Below, piece by piece: positions 30,273 through 40,689 of a stretch of DNA of 64,000 nt. The stretch is from Haplodiscus bocki. Lineage: Eukaryota. Under the pieces are notes generated by a model. That model made no database searches. It was not told where the DNA came from and saw only the letters and a program-made list of their open reading frames with translations. The stretch lies in contig OZ296655.1 in the NCBI GenBank assembly GCA_965655095.1, forward strand, positions 62,062,001-62,126,000. The letters run 5' to 3'. A program made the position numbers and the translations under genes. Positions within the stretch are counted from its first letter, which is position 1. Each line of letters starts with the position of its first letter.

Positions 30273-32498
30273 ACCGGTTACCAATTTCGGACTAAGTACC
30301 ATTTTCGAATCATTTAACAAATCTAGACCAATGACCCATTTGGGACCAAAAACAAACTTCTGACCAATTACGAACTTCGGACTAAATACTATTTTCGGAC
30401 CAATTACTTTTTGCCGAGCAAATACCAATTTCGGATCAAGTAACATTGTTAGACTAAACCGTAAGTTCGGACCGAATACCAATTGCTACCAATTGCGGAT
30501 CAAAAACCAGACTCTGACCAATTCCTAATTCTGGTTTAATTACCAATTTCGAATCTAAATACAACTTTCGACCAATGCCTATTTTCGGACGAGTTACCAA
30601 TTGCGGACTTTTCACCAGATGTAGTTTAAGTATCAATTTGAAACTAAACCCTAAGTTCGGACCAAATACCAAACCAGCTCCAAAAACCAACTGCAGACCA
30701 AACACCATTTTCGAACTAACTACCCAATTCTGAAAAAAACCATTTCATGACCAATTAGCATTTTCGGACCAATCAGAAGTTTTGGACCAAATATCAAATT
30801 TGGGTTTTTTACTTTTTTGGAACCATTCAACTTTTTCGGACCGAAAAACAAATTCATACCAAAGACCAGTTTCCAAACGTTTACCATATTCGGAACAAAA
30901 ACCACTTGCGTGAGACTACCAGTTTCGGACCAATCACGAAATTCAGAACAAACACCCTTTCCGTACAAAATACCAATTTCGAACCGAAAACCAATTCCTG
31001 ACCAGACAGCAAATCATCATCTCCACTTTACAATTGCGAAAAAATTCTCAGAATGACTCTATACAACACAAAATTCCCCCACGAATGTTGTGACTCCAGT
31101 TCTCAGTTTGGTGCTTCAAAAACATATTCTGGAGTTCTAGGTTCTATGAAGTTCATGGGGAACAAAGTTAATGTTGTTTAGTTAGTTTTTGCCAGAACTC
31201 GTTGCAGAAGCCGATTCCACCCGAAATACTGAAACTAAAAACCCATGCTCAAAATACCGAGGCCACTGTATCCAATCTCCCAAAACAACCAAGGTTGAAG
31301 CAGTCATACAAATTAAGGATTTAAAGGGGTCTTAGCGTTAGAAACACCCGAATTACTTGGATCTTTCATAATTACTTTTTTGTTAGCGTAATTATGATGC
31401 CAATTGCTTTTGATCAAAACTTATTGATCAAAGAACTGCTCAAAGTTATTAAAATATCTACAACTTTGCAAAACCTTACCATTTTCCAATTGAAAAGTTT
31501 CGCAAACTCGACTTTTTGTACCAAAATTTTAGGCACAAACTGAAAAGGCAGATGAAAAGGATGAGGACAAGCAAGGCTCAAAGCTGTGCTTTTCATCGGT
31601 CTGGTGAAAAATTGAATGTTTCAAATAAAGAGTATCGCAGTTCTTGCTTCAGTGACAAAATTTTGTGAGGGGGAAGGTGGTATCACAATTTTGCATCACA
31701 ACTTAGATTTTTTCTGGTGCCCTTTGCTTTTTCAAGAAAATGTTCAAACTATTTTTTTTGTCTCGTTGTAGATGGCTAAAAGTAACACTTTCGGCGGCTA
31801 CAACCAAAATAACAATTAAAAGCATAAAAAAAAATTTCCAAAGTCTTACAAGCTACAATTTGACAAAAATGTTTCGTGTGAAAAATTTTGGGCAAGAATT
31901 ACAGAACTTGGGAAAAGCAAGGGTTGCGTTCACTTTTTATTGAAAAAATTAATTTTATTAATAAAAGAAAATTTTTCAATTATTTATCCACAGTGTGAGA
32001 CAAAATCCTGTTACCCCTCATGTATAAAAACTGTTTGAGTATCATGGCTGTTTTTCTGTTCAAGGTATTTTTCTGTAAAACTTTTGACATGTGGCATTTT
32101 ACGTGTCAAGACAATTTGTCCTACGTCATCGCAACCGTTCACACTTTCAGCGGCTTGCCTTTTCAACCGCCTGCCATTTCAACCGCTTCAACCAACGAAA
32201 AATCAAAAAACTACAGTTCCTAAGTGTAATTAAAAAGAATGTTTTCTAAAGGTAATGTTCAAAATAAGGTTTGATTATGGAAACGTCGTAGTTAACAGAA
32301 GCAGCAATTGGCACACCGATAATAAGAAACTAACACAGTTCGCATCCTCTCTTGATCGTTGTTGTGAAAAAATTGAAGCCACTCAGTATTTCAGTAGCAG
32401 CACCTTTTTTACATTGATCAGCACGAACTTCTCCGAGATAAAATGGGATGAACAACTTTTGGCAGCATAGCGTTGCCAGTTGGTTGCAGTTGTTTTTT

Positions 32499-32800
32499 TC
32501 AGTTTTCAAGCTCTCTGACTCATAGAAACCGACTCATTGTGTCTACAGTCACAAAGAAAGATAAACTCCCGAACTTCATGGCAAGTTGTTGCATGTAATC
32601 CAAATTAGTAGACCAAACCTCAATCGGGCAATGACTCACAACATCAAAAGTTGGGAAACGTTTTTTGATAAGTCAACTTTGTGTTTCATTCGATTTCAAG
32701 CAGCAATCAACATGGTTGGATAGCATTTAGTAACTCTGAGTAGGTTTTCATGAATACTAAAAACCTTCGAATTTTTGAGGTTTGCGTAGGCATAGTGAAT
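32499..32800 (-). pseudogene. Maverick-type rve integrase N-terminal/core fragment
   Basis: Manual translation: IHYAYANLKNSKVFSIHENLLRVTK / HVDCCLKSNETQS*LIKKRFPTFDVVSHCPIEVWSTNLDYMQQLAMKFGSLSFFVTVDTMSRFL*VREL. This fits the Maverick integrase pattern RxFPRxxV...NEIWxxDLxxMxxL...LxxVDxxSRFLWVxPL. Not in the ORF track. Confidence 0.72.
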
Positions 32801-33996
32801 CTTAGTTTATAGAACTACGAAGGTATCATGATGTTCGACTGTATTTCTACCTTTCGAACTTTAGGTACACAAAAGTTGTCCTGGCAATCGGATTTGCCTT
32901 CTGAACCTGAACAATTGAAGTGAACCCAACCGCACAAGTGTCACCACAACATAAGGCAAGTTTTTGATCCTTTACTTTGCAGTTTTCGACACCATCGGCA
33001 GAACTATTTTTTCGATCCTTTTTTCGTAAATTAAACCCAAAATATAAGCCATCTGTTGGGAGGATCATTGTAAGGTTTGATGCGTTTGCTGGGCAACTGT
33101 CCGTGACCCGACAGGTTCTGACTTCTAGAACACCTCTGTCTCGCATAAGTGGTTGCCAGATGAAATTCTGTTAGGGCACGTATCTCAAGAAGCCTGGGGA
33201 ATTGCTTGGCAAACAGTTTGGTGTCCGCTTGGAGAGCGGCTAGCAAGCCCGTTGTTTTGACGGGTCTGCCTTGTTGAATGAGGAAATGTTTTGATTGTTC
33301 TCATCAAAGCTTCCTGAGTCGTTTTAAAAAAAGTCGGTTCTGCCTCTGACTGTTCCAGACTGAAATAGGTTGCCACCAAAGTTGTCTGATTTATTGCATT
33401 GCGGGCAACCATTGTTTTAGTGAAGCGTGGATGTCGGTGTCTTTCAATTTTTGATGTTGAACTTGTGAAATTTAGGTTGACTTGAGCATTCAAAGCCTGC
33501 TTTTATTCGATTGCCTAGCTCGCGACCTCTTTTTTTCCAAAGAAGATGGATACTCTAGCCATGCAATTATTTGAACTAAGTTTGCTGTTTTTGTGTTCTT
33601 CGCGATAATCCATGCGTTTACTTTCGTGTCGTGGTTGACTTTTCAGAAAGCACTACTCGTCATAAGTTATGAGAATAGACTTCTCAACGCTACCGTTTAA
33701 GGTCATGGCAGAATTTGAAAAGAGTCAACATTGAGGTCTGAGAGGTTTCAAGTAAAAGTGAACCCCGACGAGAAGCCAGGAGATTACTTTCACGTGATTT
33801 TTTTTGGTTAAAAAAGAGAGACTCTTCACTGTCACTTCCTTGTGAAGAAGCGACTTTTGCTTGTACTTTATAAATTAGCATTTTTCTACCATATTGTATA
33901 TACAATCAGCGGAAAGAATTGATTATGCCATCAGAGCACTTCTTATCGAAGCCTCTTTCATTTATAGTAAGAAACAAAATATAGAAACTAACTGTA

Positions 33997-34547
33997 TTAA
34001 AACTTAGTAAACCCATTGTCTAAGTGCAAACATGGTTGTTTCAGCAAAAAAAATGTACACCTTGTCACCCGAACAATTTGAGAAATAAAGCAGGGTTTTC
34101 CTAATTTCCAATCCAAATCATTTTTGAAAGTCTCTCTGGTTGTTGAAAGGATTAATTGTGTGACGTCCAAATTGATTGTGGTTGAAATTTTTGTCGGTAG
34201 AAAGAAATTGAATCGCAAAACAATCAAATGGACTGTGCGATGTCTACCAGCAGCAACTAATGCCAGGAACTCTTGGCTTTGTGCAACTTCAACGAGATAA
34301 TCCAACATCAACAAAATTTGTTTCTTCTGCACTTCAGTCTGTTGCAAATAGTCTTTTTCTATCATTGAATGAATTCAGTATCAACTTGTTTGAACGGACA
34401 CTCCAATAAAATGGTGCCATAAAAGTGCCGGTTTGAGAAAGGTGATTGAATTTGTCCAATTAAAAACAGATTGCGAGAAAAGCATTTTTAGCAGTTGAAT
34501 TTTTTCACATCTTCGAGAAAACTTCACAAATTTCCGCATTTATCCAT
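33997..34547 (-). pseudogene. A32/FtsK-like DNA packaging ATPase of Maverick/Polinton
   Basis: ORF 33997..34365 reads KKQILLMLDYL..VAQSQEFLALVAAGRHRTVHLIVLRFNFFLPTKISTTINLDVTQLIL. It has a Walker B-like hydrophobic strand plus D and the diagnostic AGRHR motif. The Walker A region upstream is degenerate and frameshifted. Confidence 0.75.
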
Positions 34548-36247
34548 TGGAGAAGACATTTGTTTCAGCAAAATTGTGTTGGAGCAAGTGTTTGTTTTGT
34601 AGCAAAAATTCAAAGAAATGATGTATCAATTTTTGTGATTTCGTCATAAGCAGAAAAATTCGAGCAGTTATTTTTTTCATGGATTGCGGAACCAATGATA
34701 TGAAGTGGTGGATTGAGGCTTTTGAGACAGGTGCATTATGCATGGGCTAAACCCGTATAAATGGACCAGGTGTGACTGTGTTCTGACATGTGAAGGCACC
34801 CTCTTCTTTTTTGCGACAAGTCGAAGAACATTATTCTGTTTTGGAACGTCGTCTCATTTCTCAAGCTCCACCAGATATTGAAAAAGGAAGCATTCCTTCT
34901 ATGTATCATCAGACGTTCCCATTGGATTTTGATTTTCACACTCCCACGTACAAATGAAGTTGCAGCCAAGTACCTACGTTGTCTTCCTTTTCACAAAGGG
35001 TTGAGTCTTTTGGCCTGTGACAAAGGTATCGGCGGTTAAATTGTTTGTTTTCGCTCTGAAGTTTTTGGTTTCATGAGATAGTCATCAATTGAACGTCAGC
35101 GCTTTGTGCTGTCGATAAAACGTGATTATTACCATGCTTCAAAAGTTTGTCCGAGTTGACACGATCTGGAATGAATAGCAAAATATGATGATTCGAAGGC
35201 AGTGTACAAATTCCCTCCAGGTGCCCATAGTTGATTTCGTTTCTTTAATGTATGCTGACAAATTGAGCGTTCTGCGAGCACATTAGGATCCCAAGAGCAA
35301 TTCACACTCGGAGGGAATGAGTCAGGATTTGTTTAACCCGTGGCTTCAAGATTCTGAGCTGCGCTATTTTCGTCGGTTTGAATAGGGAGCAAAAGTTCGA
35401 AGGATTTTTCCTGAAAACAGTAATTCATTTCAACTCTTAGAATAAGAGAACAACTGATGTTGGGCTGAATTTGCTTTGAAAAAGCGGTACTACCGTTTTT
35501 TTTCTAACGTCAAAGTCCGGATTTTCCCATCCTGTCGTAACGGTTTTCCATCAACAGGGAAGCAGACTTGGCAGTCACGATACTTGATGGAATGCTTTCA
35601 GCAACTGAACTACGTGAGTGTGCCAAATCTGCTACCTGTCATATTTGAACTAGGTACTGCTGACGGTTTTCCCAGGTTTTCTCCATCTCGAGTTGGGAAT
35701 GAATTTGACAGATATGAAAAACTTTAGTGAACTTTGATTTACAATGTAGTGCTTCATGTCTCGAAAGGTGGGTTTTGCATTGTAAACTTCTGAGTCTGAG
35801 GTGGTCCGGTTCATTATTCCTATTCTGGAAATCGAAGCCTCCAAAGTTGAAGGGTTTCAAATTTTGTAGAACCACTTTCACAATTTGACTGCTGAACAAA
35901 TAAATGTCAAATCAAATGTAAAGGTGTGAAAAATGACATTTAGTGTGCTCAGTCGTTAACACTGAGGTTCAGTTGATTTTTTCTTACTTTGATAATCCAC
36001 CTTTCCTTACTACTGTGAACGTAGAGGTGTCGAAATTTTGGAAGCATTTTGAATTTCAAACATTAGGTGAAAGTCAGGTATCACGCCTTATTGACCTCTT
36101 AATTTGCAAACATTTTCAAAGAAAGCATAATTTGAGAAAAATTTGAATGGCATATTTCTTTCTCATGAAAAATTGCTCAACTCTAAAGAGATGAAGCCAA
36201 AAACAAGTTTTTCTTTTCCACTGTCAAAAGCGTTCAAAAGATCAACA

Positions 36248-38539
36248 TCAGGATAAAAAGTTGTTTTGTTCAATAAAAAACATACATTGCAACAAAACGT
36301 TTCTTTCTTGTCGAATTTCAGGAGCCAACAGCATTTCTAACAAAGTTGCTTTGCGACATCTTGCTCTTCGTCTATCACGAAAGTTTTCCACAGCACACGA
36401 CGATTCAAATGTTTTCACGTCCTCTGTTTGCTTTGACATTTCTCCGGCAGCTGATTTCTCGCAGTTTGAACTAACCACGTTTACGTCATGAGCAGTTTGA
36501 ATTGGGTCACATTTGGCAATCGGAGCTTCCTCCGGTCCAGAATCATCATCGCTTGAGGATTCTTCCTTTTTGATTTCGATATATTTAGGCTTTTTTGCAG
36601 CGTCTTCCGGTCGCATGAAACGGGCAAGATATTTCTGTCGGCTAGTTAACTTTGGTGGACGGGAGCTGAATCCACCTCTATTATTGAAACCCGAGTTCGC
36701 CTGATTTTGCGTTTTCAGATCACTGACAAGTTTTGACTCTTTTTCATTAGATTGCGATGTCGAAACTTTGATTCGACAGTTTTGGAAAGTTTTTGTTTGA
36801 AGCAACTCACCTCTGCTCTCTTTAGCCAGTCTTTCTCGTTCTTTCAACTCGATGTTTTGCTTGGTTGGGAACTTTCTTTTGCGATCCTCGCGCCACTTTT
36901 TGATATCTTCTGGAGTGTCAAATTTGAAGTGGATACCGCGTGCATGTGTATTAGCAAAATGTTGCTCAACGGCTTCTTCGTGCGCTGTAAAACTGCAACC
37001 AGGATATGGGCAAGGAGAATGATCTTGCTTTTTGTGTTTATCGAACTGATCTTGATTCCAGAAGTTCTTGTTGCAAGCATCACATGCAAACGTCTGAGAG
37101 CCCCTAGAACCGGAACCCCAGTTGCGCCAATCCTCTTCCATGGTCTCGGAAAACGAATTGGGTTTTCCAGAAGAATGTTGCGGAGTGGCCCAGGTTTCTT
37201 CAAAACCGGATCTTGAAGATGCAACTGATGACTTGGAACTAGATAAGTTGGAGGCGACCTGTGACCTGATTGAAGATAATCTATTAGAGTGGACTTTCAA
37301 ACTTTGCGTTGCCTGCAAATTGCTTCTTTGCTCCATCTGAGAACGACCGTTAAACAAGGTGTACGCGACTTGACTTATCGGTTCCTCTCGCTTCTTACAG
37401 AAACTTTCGTTCCGATTTTTTGGTAGGAAAGATTTATCGAAAGAATGAACATGATTAAACGAGTCTAACAGGCCCAAGGCTTTGGATTGTGTAACGTAAG
37501 GTTTTTCATTTAAACAGAACCAATTGTTGCTAGATGATAAACTTTCTTGCGCCGGAAAATCATCAGAAACACGATTTGAGTCACCACGTTTCTGCATCCA
37601 AGAGTCGCAACTCTCAAATCGCGAAGTGGTGAACATTTTCGTATTATAATCAAAGTTCGTCTTTCGATCACTTTTTGCTAATAAAGATGGTTTGATATTC
37701 AATCCTATAGAAGGTGCTTCTTGACTCGAAAAAGATTTATTGTCTCTATCAGAAGCATGTGTAAGCGTTGCAGAAGTATTAACTCCATATGAAGTTCCTG
37801 AAAATGTTCCAGAACTCAGACGCTCTGAGCGGAAAACTTGATGGTTGACTTCTGTTTCATCACGGGTTTTGTTACTAGGAGCAGACCAATCTTGAAGAGA
37901 TTCGAATTTGGAATCCTTTGTGGTAATTGAACAACTGACAGAGTCGTCATTATTGCTACTTCCAAAAACAATTTCGTCGTCACTTCGATGCCTCTCACTA
38001 TTTAAACCAAAATTGTTATTAGTCTGGTTACCGTTTTTCGTATGATTTCCACAAAAGTTATTGCCGAAATCAGAAGTCACACTTTCGTGCGTCGAGTGGA
38101 ATTGAGACAACGGGCCTGACAAGCTCAGTTTACCTCTCATTCCGGGATCATGAATCATTCCAGGATCATGCAACATCTTATCCATCATTTCAACACTGAG
38201 TGGGTGCCGAAACAATTTCACCAAACTGCCAGAAATCACAGACGAGTTTGAAAATGTATCTCTCGGTGATGACTGCCATCCATCAGATGACCGGAGCTCA
38301 TCACGTCGCATTGCAGATTCCTCCGAAAATCGAGAAGAGTTTGACAATACACCCTGAATGCTAGCCCGTGAAAGTGTATGCTCTAACCGGGTAGAATTTG
38401 AAGAATATCCTCTTTCAGATTCTCTATTGGAGATCCAGCTGGAACTCGACGAGCTTTCAAATGCTGACTTCATATTTTGAGATTGGCCTTCTGAAGTAGA
38501 ACTAATTGTGAAGAATGAGTCATCGAACTGCTGATCCAT
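36248..38539 (-). CDS. NUFIP1: Nuclear FMRP-interacting protein 1 (Rsa1/NUFIP1, box C/D snoRNP assembly factor) with long Ser-rich N-terminal extension
   Basis: 763-aa uninterrupted ORF. It has two C2H2 fingers (CDACNKNFWNQDQFDKHKKQDH; CPYPGCSFTAHEEAVEQHFANTH), the PEP motif DTPEDIKKWREDRKRKFPT, the acidic SDDDSGPEEAPI segment and the C-terminal TLLEMLLAPEIRQERNVLLQC, all characteristic of NUFIP1. Confidence 0.95.
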   Translation of the reverse strand: MDQQFDDSFFTISSTSEGQSQNMKSAFESSSSSSWISNRESERGYSSNSTRLEHTLSRASIQGVLSNSSRFSEESAMRRDELRSSDGWQSSPRDTFSNSSVISGSLVKLFRHPLSVEMMDKMLHDPGMIHDPGMRGKLSLSGPLSQFHSTHESVTSDFGNNFCGNHTKNGNQTNNNFGLNSERHRSDDEIVFGSSNNDDSVSCSITTKDSKFESLQDWSAPSNKTRDETEVNHQVFRSERLSSGTFSGTSYGVNTSATLTHASDRDNKSFSSQEAPSIGLNIKPSLLAKSDRKTNFDYNTKMFTTSRFESCDSWMQKRGDSNRVSDDFPAQESLSSSNNWFCLNEKPYVTQSKALGLLDSFNHVHSFDKSFLPKNRNESFCKKREEPISQVAYTLFNGRSQMEQRSNLQATQSLKVHSNRLSSIRSQVASNLSSSKSSVASSRSGFEETWATPQHSSGKPNSFSETMEEDWRNWGSGSRGSQTFACDACNKNFWNQDQFDKHKKQDHSPCPYPGCSFTAHEEAVEQHFANTHARGIHFKFDTPEDIKKWREDRKRKFPTKQNIELKERERLAKESRGELLQTKTFQNCRIKVSTSQSNEKESKLVSDLKTQNQANSGFNNRGGFSSRPPKLTSRQKYLARFMRPEDAAKKPKYIEIKKEESSSDDDSGPEEAPIAKCDPIQTAHDVNVVSSNCEKSAAGEMSKQTEDVKTFESSCAVENFRDRRRARCRKATLLEMLLAPEIRQERNVLLQCMFFIEQNNFLS

Positions 38540-39059
38540 TTTCTTGCACGCTGATTGGCGACAAAGACAAATGATATGAATGTTGTTTGCTTCTACTTTT
38601 TTTGACCTGTCATCTTTATTCTAAAATTTCAAAGAGTTACAAAATTCCAACTCAACTTCATTAACGGAAACCGCACTTTTGGTCGGCAATTTATAGTAAA
38701 AGTGCCCGCCATTAAAGTGGTGCTCTAGCCGATTCCCTAAAGAACTAGACTTCTTCAAATAACGGCGGAGCAGTTTAGCTTTCCTGACGAAGGATAGTTT
38801 TTTTTCAAAAATATTTCTCTGTAAGAGCGGAACAATATGGGTAAATATCCACAAATCACGAGACCAGACAATTGAAAGCGGTAAAGATCGCCATTAAACA
38901 TTTAAAATTATGAAGGAACTAAGTCAAGCACTGTCGCAATTTCATCGGTTCCAGATATTTTCTAGCAAAATTGCCAAAATTAATATGAAAGTTTAAATAT
39001 GATTATCAACAAAAATTTATAACTATAAGTATTTCAAGTATTGTGAAATAGAAAAAGAA

Positions 39060-39700
39060 ATGTGTTGTAAAAAAGGATTTCGATTATTAGATCATCATCA
39101 GTTATTCAAAAACACATAAAGAGCTTTACAAATGGAATAGCTAAAAAGCAGTAACCAAGAGATCTAGAATTGAGGTAGATTGTACCAAAGGAAATAGAAC
39201 CGTCTTTGGTGATTGGGGTGGGCGGCTCATACGTTAAAAGGCATACTGTAGGCAGTGCGACTTGGATTCGTCTTCGGTGTTTAGAGCTGGGTGTTTTCTT
39301 TTTATATAGACAGCTTCAAGTGTCAGACAGCGAGTCAAAAATTCGTGCGTCATCTGGGGTTACTACCTCATTGCATGCCCGAAAATGTTGATAGACTGGA
39401 GCGTTTTCCATCCCATGTTCTTTGAGTCTTGTGAAAGGTATCGAACTGTTTGTCCGAGGTAGGTACCAGAGCAACCTGGGCACGTTCTTTCATCGACCAC
39501 TTTTCTCTTATAAACATAAGTAAACGGCGCTTTCAGTTGACATATCTGGCTCCGCAATTTCAATGTGACAAAATCAAATGATGAGCCAGTGAAAACTTTC
39601 CTCAGTTTACGCATGAAATCTTCAATCACGTTTCCTCTATATTCCACGGGCATCACTAATTGTACACCCTTGTTTAGGCGAGCAGAGCGAAACCTATTGG
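39060..39700 (-). mobile_element. Penelope-like element 3' part: linker, GIY-YIG endonuclease and LTR-like tail
   Basis: VEYRGN...KLRSQICQLK...KVVDERTCPGCSGTYLGQTVRYL; after frameshifts KEHG...VYQHF...LTLEAVYIKRKHPALNT. The tail at 39060-39190 is similar to 48650-48790. Confidence 0.85.
39062..39116 (-). ncRNA. Degenerate minimal hammerhead ribozyme in Penelope LTR
   Basis: Minus strand reads TGTGTTTTTGAATAA-CTGATGA-T-GAT-CTAATA-ATC-GAAA-TCCTTTTTTACAACACA. This gives both core boxes, stem II (GAT/ATC) and outer pairing TGTGTT/AACACA. Stem III is eroded. Confidence 0.5.
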
Positions 39701-40095
39701 CACAAGGACACATCAAAAAGATTTCGTATTTTCCCGTCCGTGACATCCAACTGCGTTTCATCTCTTTAAAAATAATTTTCTCGGCCCCTATCGGGCGGAT
39801 TCGTCCAACTTTTGTATAAACAATATGGCGGCTTCACGATTTATCATATTCCTCCGCCGATTTAATAAGCCTAATTGTTGTGATAAACTTATTAAATAGC
39901 AAGTCATTGCTGCTTACTATGTCATTTCAGAGAATATAGTCTGCCGGCATCTGGATACGATTGGGCAGCCTTCGGGATTTTAGAAAGTCCGGCGATCGAT
40001 ATAGCTTTGCAAGTGGATGTCACCCCTGTCAGACTCTGACCAAAAGGGAAGAACATTACATCTTCTATCTTGTTAGTTCGTTCCAATTCCTTTTC

Positions 40096-40689
40096 ATGGT
40101 TCTATTAGTGGGTGCAAGTTGCTTGGACAACGCATATAGAAGTTTGAGTTATACAACTAGAAAACGATTGAAGAAAGATATAATTGCGATTCGTGGCCTA
40201 TCCCTCAATCCCCCATCTAATAATCCTCTCGAAATTCTTCAAAATCTTTTAAAAAAGGATTCCTGGAATCAAAGAAAATTATAATCTGGCACGAAGTGGT
40301 TAGCAATACAATATCTAAACATAGAAGCAATAATGATAAACCCTGTGAAATCGATAAACTGTTAGAAATACTAACTGGGCTCGAAAAGAATATTGAAGAA
40401 ATTTTATAATGTCGACGATTCAGATCGCCAAACTTGTTCTAACAGCTCAAAGAAACTGGTATTCTCATACTTAATGTTAAAAGACGGCTATCATCAACGA
40501 GGAAACAGAACAACCCAGACATTTCGGCAGACTTTGCAGCGATCCACCCCCAAAGCAGTACAGATAAAAAACTTATTCGCAGGGTGCTAGAGAATAAAGA
40601 CAATCTCAGATCCCTTGTTAAAAAAAACAGATCAATGTCAAAAAACAGACACCCTCAGAAAAAGAGAAGAAATGCTCAAAGAAAAGTAG
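40096..40689 (+). pseudogene. Upstream ORF0, putative SGNH-hydrolase/esterase-like protein
   Basis: MVLLVGASCLD...AIRGLSLN... then after a frameshift KKIIIWHEVVSNTISKHRSN...IL*CRR...DFAAIHP, ending in a basic tail. The spacing resembles SGNH blocks I, II, III and V. Two stops and about two frameshifts. Confidence 0.45.

Larger units (their letters stand above)
1..31010. repeat. Satellite array of diverged 18-bp monomers with hierarchical higher-order repeats (runs off the left edge of the window)
   Basis: TTCGGACCAA and variants (TTCAGACC, TTTGGACC, TTGGGACC, TCCGGACC, TTCGGATC) recur every ~18 bp. The marker TT(T/C)CAAACTG(A/G)AAAC recurs about 30 times, mostly at ~0.8-1.05 kb spacing. Identical or near-identical ORF translations recur at offsets 1792, 997, 2038/2039 and 2233. 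Confidence 0.97.
32499..34970 (-). mobile_element. Decayed Maverick/Polinton (adintovirus-like) relic
   Basis: Co-oriented remnants of a packaging ATPase and a retroviral-type integrase, with broken unidentified ORFs between and upstream. No terminal inverted repeats seen; the relic may extend towards 36200. Confidence 0.7.

Noticed and set aside
1-31010. CRISPR-like repeat-spacer array
   Set aside because: There is no invariant repeat with unique spacers. Variable parts are only ~8 bp and recur in HORs, there are no cas genes, and the context is eukaryotic.
1-31010. CENP-B box or telomeric repeat in the monomer
   Set aside because: TTCG and CGGG occur, but I did not see them at the TTCG-n4-A-n2-CGGG spacing. 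There are no TTAGGG-type runs.
1-31056. Short ORFs in the array as genes
   Set aside because: They occur on both strands and in all frames, track the 18-bp period, are at most 159 aa, and are cut by fixed frameshifts and stops.
36261-37340. Antisense and alternate-frame ORFs over NUFIP1
   Set aside because: Shadow ORFs of the real CDS with no recognisable motifs.
38141-38176. 18-nt duplication in NUFIP1 related to the satellite
   Set aside because: Same length only; there is no convincing sequence similarity to the monomer.
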